A stretch of 40,568 nucleotides of DNA, from positions 1 to 40,568 of the forward strand of contig CABTZC010000001.1 of the NCBI GenBank assembly GCA_902489185.1, given 5' to 3'. This stretch comes from an uncultured Brevibacterium sp. GTDB lineage: Bacteria; Actinomycetota; Actinomycetes; Actinomycetales; Brevibacteriaceae. Positions 35,385 to 40,568 of the stretch are shown here, piece by piece. Made by a program: the position numbers and the translations under genes. A model generated the notes under the pieces. The model was not told where the DNA came from. It searched no databases and was given only the letters and a program-made list of their open reading frames with translations. The number at the start of each line of letters is the position of its first letter. Positions within the stretch are counted from its first letter, which is position 1.

Positions 35385-36800
35385 ATGACTAGGCAATTCC
35401 ACATGACGATCGGCGGACAGCCTGTCTCGGGCGACCGCACTCCACTGGAAGTTATTAACCCAGCGATCGAGGAGGTCGTTGCGGAAGCCCCAAACGCTTC
35501 ACTCGAGCAGCTCGACGCGGCGGTCACTACCGCTCAGGAGGCGTTCAAGGAGTGGAAAACCACAGGGGTGAGCGAACGCCGCGAGTTGTTACTCAAGTTC
35601 GCTGCAGCCCTGGAAGCTAACGCCGAAACCCTATCGAAGCTTCTGACCACCGAACAGGGCAAGCCGATCTGGCAGGCCCAGGCCGAGGTGGGCCGGGCCG
35701 CACATTGGGTCCGCACCACGGCCACGCTGCCGTTCGAAAAGCAGAAACGTATCGACAACGAAATGCACACTGTCACCGTCCGGCACTTACCGCTCGGTGT
35801 CGTTGGCGGAATTGTGCCGTGGAATTTCCCTGTCACGCTGGCAATCTGGAAGATCGCGCCAGCAGTTCTCGCCGGAAATACGGTAGTCCTTAAACCGTCT
35901 CCGTTTACCCCGCTCACCGGCCTCACGGTCGGACAGATAGCCAACGAGGTCTTCCCCGCGGGGGTCGTCAACGTGATCACCGGCGAGGATGACCTTGGTC
36001 CGGCTATGACCGCGCATGACGGGATCGCCAAGATTGCGTTCACTGGTTCGAGTGCTACCGGGAAGAAGGTCATGGAGGCCGCTTCCCGGTCGCTCAAGCG
36101 CATCACTCTCGAGCTGGGTGGAAACGACGCGGCGATCATTCTCGACGATGTCGATCCAGTTGAGATCGCCCCGAAAATCTTCTGGGCATGTTTCGCAAAC
36201 GCCAGTCAGTATTGCCTGGCGACTAAACGGATCTACGTGCATGAGAAGATCCATGACGAGTTCCTCGCTGAATTGGTCAAATATGCCGAGTCCATCAAGG
36301 TCGGCAACGGCGCGGACGAGGCTACTCAGCTTGGCCCCATCCAGAACAAGACGCAGTACGACAAGGTCATATCGTTCATTGAGGACTGCAAGTCGCAGGG
36401 CTACACCATTGCCTATGAGCGTGAGGTGACTGAGGATGCCGGTTACTTCGTTGGTCCCGTGATCGTTGACAATCCTCCGGAGGATTCACAGATCGTCGTC
36501 GAAGAACCCTTTGGGCCCATCGTTCCAGTATTGTCGTTCTCCACGGATGACGAAGCGATCGAACGCACAAACAACAGCCCGTACGGTCTGGGCGGGTCTG
36601 TGTGGGGCACCGACGTCGTCCGGGCCCGCAGGATTGCCGAGCAAATCGATTCGGGTCTCGTGTGGGTGAACGAAATCCACAAGATGGAGCCCGAAGTGCC
36701 CATGGGTGGTCATCGTATGTCAGGTATCGGCGTCGAAAACGGGATCGAAGGCCTACTCTCCTACTGCAACGTCCAGTCGCTAGCAGTAGCTAAACAGTAA
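35385..36800 (+). CDS. NAD(P)-dependent aldehyde dehydrogenase
   Basis: PWNFP, KPSPFTP, FTGS, LELGG, catalytic Cys in SQYC and EEPFGP. Start is ATG 35385 or GTG 35376. Confidence 0.93.
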   Translation: MTRQFHMTIGGQPVSGDRTPLEVINPAIEEVVAEAPNASLEQLDAAVTTAQEAFKEWKTTGVSERRELLLKFAAALEANAETLSKLLTTEQGKPIWQAQAEVGRAAHWVRTTATLPFEKQKRIDNEMHTVTVRHLPLGVVGGIVPWNFPVTLAIWKIAPAVLAGNTVVLKPSPFTPLTGLTVGQIANEVFPAGVVNVITGEDDLGPAMTAHDGIAKIAFTGSSATGKKVMEAASRSLKRITLELGGNDAAIILDDVDPVEIAPKIFWACFANASQYCLATKRIYVHEKIHDEFLAELVKYAESIKVGNGADEATQLGPIQNKTQYDKVISFIEDCKSQGYTIAYEREVTEDAGYFVGPVIVDNPPEDSQIVVEEPFGPIVPVLSFSTDDEAIERTNNSPYGLGGSVWGTDVVRARRIAEQIDSGLVWVNEIHKMEPEVPMGGHRMSGIGVENGIEGLLSYCNVQSLAVAKQ

Positions 36801-36901
36801 GACATGACGCACACTCAGTAAGGTACCGCCGTGTGTCCCCTCACGCAGCGTGGGAAAATACGAGTTTGTGGACTTGGTAAGACACAAGTTCCACGCCACA
36901 C

Positions 36902-38608
36902 TCACGCCGCATTGGCCACGCCCGAGGCGGCAGCACCTCCCCTCGCACGCCCGGCCCCAGCGCCACCGGCTGCAACCCCAAAACCAGCACCACCGGCTAA
37001 AGCACCCGTCCCACGAAACACCATGTGATCGCGGTAGGCGATCGGGTAGAACGGTTCCGGCGCATCTTCACTACGCAAAGCACTGTGAACAAAGTCTTCA
37101 GCCTCATCAAAGTGATCCGCATTGGTACGCGGCAACACTGCCAACTCTTCTACCAGGAACCGCGCCACCAACCCCTGGCTGAGCATCCGCCCATCTTCCA
37201 AGGTCACACCCTGACGCGTCCACTGCCACAGCTGCAACCGCGCAAGCTCAGCCGTCGACACGTCTTCGACGTACCCGTTGTAACCGACACTACCCACGCC
37301 ACGTAGCCATGCATTGATGTAGTGCAGGCACACGCGTAAGTTCCACCGCACACCCTCTTCGCTGATCACCCCGGAAGGCACCGTGAGCAACTGCTCAGTC
37401 AGATCCACACGGTCAGTGGCGACGACCTCGGCCGGAGGAACCGCCGCGCGGTCAGCCCGCGCTTTCCCGTACGCCGCACGCACCACATCGATGAGTGACC
37501 GGTGCGCAATCCACGTGCCATCGAAACCAGCGGACACCTCGGCCAGCTTGTCCTCATACACCCGCTCACGCTCATGCGGCTCCGCAACCGGCAAATGCGC
37601 AGACTCAACCACAGCCGTACTCAACCCGCCCAACGCTTGGGCCCCACGCCGGTGACACGTGCTCACCAACAGATCCGTAAACGCGCGAATGAACGGCGAA
37701 TCCGACCGAATCTCGTCCCTCTGCGGAACCGTAAACCCTTCACGCAAACCAAAGTGCGTAATGAGCGACCCCACATAATCCCAGCGCCCAGCAGCCAGGC
37801 CAACCACGTGATCACGCAGTTCGTACAAGATTTCGTCCATCTGGAACGCCGCCGTTACCGACTCAATCAACACCGTCGCCCGAATCGTTCCCCGATCAAA
37901 CCCCAAGGTCTCCTGCGCGTGCTCAAACAAACTGTTCCACAACCTGGCCTCGTACCTGTTTTCGACCTTGGGGAGGTAAAAGTACGGCCCGTGATTGCGC
38001 TTGAGCAACGGCCGGCTGTTGTGGAACACAAACAGCCCAAAGTCCACCAGTGTCGCACTGGCTGGGTGCGCACGTCCGGTCGCGTCCGTCCAGGTCAGAT
38101 GGTCCTCTGTGAGGTTCCATCCCCGAGGTCGCAGCACCATCGTAGGTGGATGCGGGTTGCGTGCTTTGAAGGTTTTTCCTGAGCGCGACTGGAACGCGAA
38201 GTCACCACGTGCTGCCCGCATGAGGCATTCGTGGGCCGTGATCACATTTGACCAGGTGGGCGCCATGCCGTCTTCTAAGTCAGCCATCCACACGTCAGCG
38301 TCGGAGTTGCAGGATTTGGCGGCCTCTCGTGGTTCTACCGGGGTCGCCAGCTCCACAACGCGGCGTTTGAGTCCCGGTGCTCCCGAGGTGCCAACCACTT
38401 TCCAGTCCCCACTACGAATGTCGCTGGTGGCAGGATCAAAGGTGGGGAGGTCACCGTTCTCGAAACCACCTCGGCTGGCGTTGCGGGCGGCGAGCAGTTC
38501 GCGTCGGCGCGCGTAGAACACTTGGTGGAGTTCGTCGAGGAAGTCGCACGCGGCGGGGGTGAAGATATTGTCGATGCCGGTGATGTGTGGCCCGTTGACG
38601 GTGAACAT
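36902..38608 (-). CDS. aceB: Malate synthase A-type, divergent, with Gly/Ala-rich C-terminal tail
   Basis: ADLED, RPRGW, GPYFYLPK, TVLIE, GRWDY, DGTWIAH and ED.STAE. Lies downstream of aceA, with an AAGGAGG SD. Confidence 0.85.
   Translation of the reverse strand: MFTVNGPHITGIDNIFTPAACDFLDELHQVFYARRRELLAARNASRGGFENGDLPTFDPATSDIRSGDWKVVGTSGAPGLKRRVVELATPVEPREAAKSCNSDADVWMADLEDGMAPTWSNVITAHECLMRAARGDFAFQSRSGKTFKARNPHPPTMVLRPRGWNLTEDHLTWTDATGRAHPASATLVDFGLFVFHNSRPLLKRNHGPYFYLPKVENRYEARLWNSLFEHAQETLGFDRGTIRATVLIESVTAAFQMDEILYELRDHVVGLAAGRWDYVGSLITHFGLREGFTVPQRDEIRSDSPFIRAFTDLLVSTCHRRGAQALGGLSTAVVESAHLPVAEPHERERVYEDKLAEVSAGFDGTWIAHRSLIDVVRAAYGKARADRAAVPPAEVVATDRVDLTEQLLTVPSGVISEEGVRWNLRVCLHYINAWLRGVGSVGYNGYVEDVSTAELARLQLWQWTRQGVTLEDGRMLSQGLVARFLVEELAVLPRTNADHFDEAEDFVHSALRSEDAPEPFYPIAYRDHMVFRGTGALAGGAGFGVAAGGAGAGRARGGAAASGVANAA
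36911..36931. repeat. Right copy of the 21-bp imperfect direct repeat (inside the aceB 3' end)
   Basis: Matches 8932-8952 at 18/21 positions. Confidence 0.6.
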
Positions 38609-38623
38609 GGTGCCTCCTTGTGG

Positions 38624-38666
38624 TTCGAGGCGCCCGGTAGTGGCTCAGGCTACCGGGCGCCTCGAA
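38624..38666. repeat. Perfect 17-bp stem-loop between aceA and aceB
   Basis: TTCGAGGCGCCCGGTAG-N9-CTACCGGGCGCCTCGAA. Confidence 0.8.
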
Positions 38667-38721
38667 GTGTGGGGTGCGCAATTGCTGGAATCGTCACCAA
38701 CTGCGCTGGTGTTTGAGCGGT

Positions 38722-39999
38722 TTAGAACTGCGCTGCTTCGGTCGAGTCCTTCAGCGCGGTGGTCGAGGACTGCGGGTTAACCGCGGTGCTAACCAGGTCG
38801 AAGTAGCCGGTTCCAACTTCACGCTGGTGCTTGGTGGCTGTGTAGCCACGCTCTTCGCTACCGAACTCGCGTTCCTGCAGTTCGACGTATGCCTTCATCT
38901 GTTCGCGTGCGTAGCCGTGGGCCAGGTCGAACATGGAGTAGTTGAGTGCGTGGAATCCGGCCAGGGTGATGAACTGGAACTTGTATCCCATGGCTCCGAG
39001 TTCGCGCTGGAACTTGGCAATCGTGTCGTCGTCCAGGTGCTTCTTCCAGTTAAAGGACGGCGAGCAGTTGTAGGCCAGCATCTGGTCTGGGTACTCGGCC
39101 TTGATCGCTTCCGCGAACTGGCGAGCCACATCCAGGTCTGGCGTGGAGGTTTCCATCCACAGCAGGTCGCTGTAGGGCGCGAATGCCAGACCGCGGTCGA
39201 TGCATGGCTGCAGTCCGTTGTTGACCTTGAAGTAGCCTTCCGCAGTGCGTTCCCCTGTGAGGTACTTCTGGTCGCGCTCGTCCACGTCCGAGGTGATCAG
39301 GGTTGCCGCTTCCGCGTCAGTTCGCGCGATGATGAGAGTGGGGACGTTCTCAACGTCGGCGGCCAGGCGGGCGGCGTTGAGGGTGCGGATGTGCTGCGCA
39401 GTGGGCACGAGCACCTTTCCACCCAGGTGACCACACTTCTTTTCGGATCCCAGCTGGTCTTCGAAGTGGACACCTGCGGCGCCTGCATTGATCATTCCGC
39501 GCATGAGTTCGTACACGTTGAGCGCGCCACCGAATCCGGCTTCTGCGTCAGCAACGATGGGTGCCAGCCAGTCTTCGACTGAGGTGGTACCTTCCGAGGT
39601 TTCAATCTGGTCGGCGCGCATGAGTGCGTTGTTGATGCGGCGCACGACTGCTGGCACCGAGTTCGCTGGGTAGATGGACTGGTCTGGGTAGGTCTGGGAT
39701 GCGAGGTTGGCGTCTGCGGCGACTTGCCAACCGGACAGGTAGATCGCTTTGAGCCCGGCCTTGACCTGCTGGACTGCTTGGTTACCGGTGAGGGCGCCCA
39801 ACGCGTTGATGAAGTCTTCCGAGTGGAGCAGGTTCCAGAGGCGCTCAGCACCGTGGCGAGCAAGGGTGTGTTCTTCAATGAGCGATCCGCGCAGTTTAAC
39901 CACGTCATCTGCCGTGTAGTCACGGGCGACACCGGACCAGCGTGGATTGGTTGCCCAGTCGCTGCGGATTGCATCGGCGTTGTGCAGTTCGTTAGTCAT
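38722..39999 (-). CDS. aceA: Isocitrate lyase
   Basis: KKCGH signature, [31 protein letters not shown] and HQREVG. Confidence 0.97.
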   Translation of the reverse strand: MTNELHNADAIRSDWATNPRWSGVARDYTADDVVKLRGSLIEEHTLARHGAERLWNLLHSEDFINALGALTGNQAVQQVKAGLKAIYLSGWQVAADANLASQTYPDQSIYPANSVPAVVRRINNALMRADQIETSEGTTSVEDWLAPIVADAEAGFGGALNVYELMRGMINAGAAGVHFEDQLGSEKKCGHLGGKVLVPTAQHIRTLNAARLAADVENVPTLIIARTDAEAATLITSDVDERDQKYLTGERTAEGYFKVNNGLQPCIDRGLAFAPYSDLLWMETSTPDLDVARQFAEAIKAEYPDQMLAYNCSPSFNWKKHLDDDTIAKFQRELGAMGYKFQFITLAGFHALNYSMFDLAHGYAREQMKAYVELQEREFGSEERGYTATKHQREVGTGYFDLVSTAVNPQSSTTALKDSTEAAQF

Positions 40000-40179
40000 G
40001 GCTTCTCGCTTTCATGTGAGTGTTCTTGCATTGGGTGGTGCAAGCTTTTTTGTTGTCGTGAAACCAGTATTCGGTGTACGCAAGGGCGTGAAAAGACTTT
40101 TTCTAAGTAAAAAACGTCCGTTTTTCTGTTTTGCGTGAGTTTGTCGCTTTTGTGGCGCGAGTCACACTAAGATAAATGC

Positions 40180-40568
40180 ATGGGAGAACACATGCCAGGC
40201 GCACACGAGTTCGACGCCGACGCGCCAACCAGCGAGCACGCCACCCAAGGAACCGCCGACGCACTCAGCATTGGACGCAAGATCCGCCACTTTCGCACCG
40301 AACATGGGATGACCCTGGAACAACTAGGCGAACGAGTGGGCCGGGCCGCTTCACAAATATCGGCGTTTGAATCAGGCAAGCGAGAACCCTCTATTACGCT
40401 CCTGACGGCACTTGCCAAGGCGCTTGACACCTCGGCGGCCGAACTCCTTGACCCCACCCCCGTGTCACAACGGCAAGCCTTAGAGCTGGAAGCCGAGCGC
40501 GCACAGCGCTCACCCCTCTACTCTTCACTGAACTTGCCCACGGTGCGCGTGAAGTCACTTCCCAACGA
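40180..40568 (+). CDS. XRE-family HTH regulator divergent from aceA (RamB-like), 3'-truncated by the window
   Basis: Absent from the ORF track because it has no stop in the window. Translation gives ...LSIGRKIRHFRTEHGMTLEQLGERVGRAASQISAFESGKREPS... Start is ATG 40180 (6 nt after TAAGAT) or ATG 40192 (after GGGAG). Confidence 0.82.
   Translation, partial: MGEHMPGAHEFDADAPTSEHATQGTADALSIGRKIRHFRTEHGMTLEQLGERVGRAASQISAFESGKREPSITLLTALAKALDTSAAELLDPTPVSQRQALELEAERAQRSPLYSSLNLPTVRVKSLPN

Larger units (their letters stand above)
8932..36931. mobile_element. Putative acquired catabolic island (~28 kb), no mobility genes
   Basis: Visibly lower GC than the flanks (judged by eye), functionally coherent gene content, SD-led genes and bounding direct repeats. 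No integrase or transposase seen. Confidence 0.45.

Noticed and set aside
8974..36986. TGGTTTTGGGTTG (8974-8986) and near-complement CAACCCCAAAACCA (36973-36986) as island terminal inverted repeats
   Set aside because: Low complexity, and the right copy lies outside the direct repeat within aceB coding sequence, so the geometry does not fit a transposon.
37502..38182. 226-aa Arg/Gln-rich ORF antisense to aceB
   Set aside because: Composition typical of an off-frame shadow ORF.
38674..39582. 302-aa ORF antisense to aceA
   Set aside because: Shadow ORF expected from GC-biased codon usage; no motifs or SD, and it lies almost entirely opposite a canonical gene.
40000..40170. RamB operator in the aceA/regulator intergenic region
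   Set aside because: Several A/T-tract motifs are present, but none matches the corynebacterial consensus well enough to assign coordinates.
1..40568. CRISPR arrays, tRNA/rRNA genes, integrases or transposases
   Set aside because: No regularly spaced repeats, RNA-gene signatures or recombinase/transposase motifs were seen; intergenic gaps are short.

Overview
High-GC actinobacterial (Micrococcales-like) chromosomal window with three parts. (1) 1-8.9 kb backbone: an olefin-biosynthesis locus (oleC/oleBC 3' part and oleD) split by an oppositely oriented five-gene block. That block encodes two TIGR04222-type membrane proteins (one ending in a six-Cys Ser/Gly-rich tail), a DUF692/MNIO iron oxidase, a probable MNIO partner protein and an SDR, and is the best candidate for an uncharacterised membrane-anchored RiPP-like or metal-binding system. 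A secreted lysozyme-like protein, an ArsR/SmtB regulator and a PLP aminotransferase follow. (2) ~8.9-36.9 kb: a visibly less GC-rich 24-gene acyl-CoA catabolic region with 4 acyl-CoA dehydrogenases, 2 thiolases, family I and III CoA-transferases (one mesaconyl-CoA isomerase-like), a MaoC hydratase, a PaaG-like crotonase, an acyl-CoA ligase, TAXI-TRAP and MFS transporters, LysR, and a ChnD-like ADH plus ALDH. It points to omega-hydroxy-acid/dicarboxylate degradation and is bracketed by a 21-bp imperfect direct repeat matching the 3' end of aceB. (3) 36.9-40.6 kb: glyoxylate shunt aceA-aceB and the start of a divergent RamB-like XRE regulator. No tRNA, rRNA, CRISPR, integrase or transposase was seen. 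Family calls come from motif recognition only; no database searches were run.
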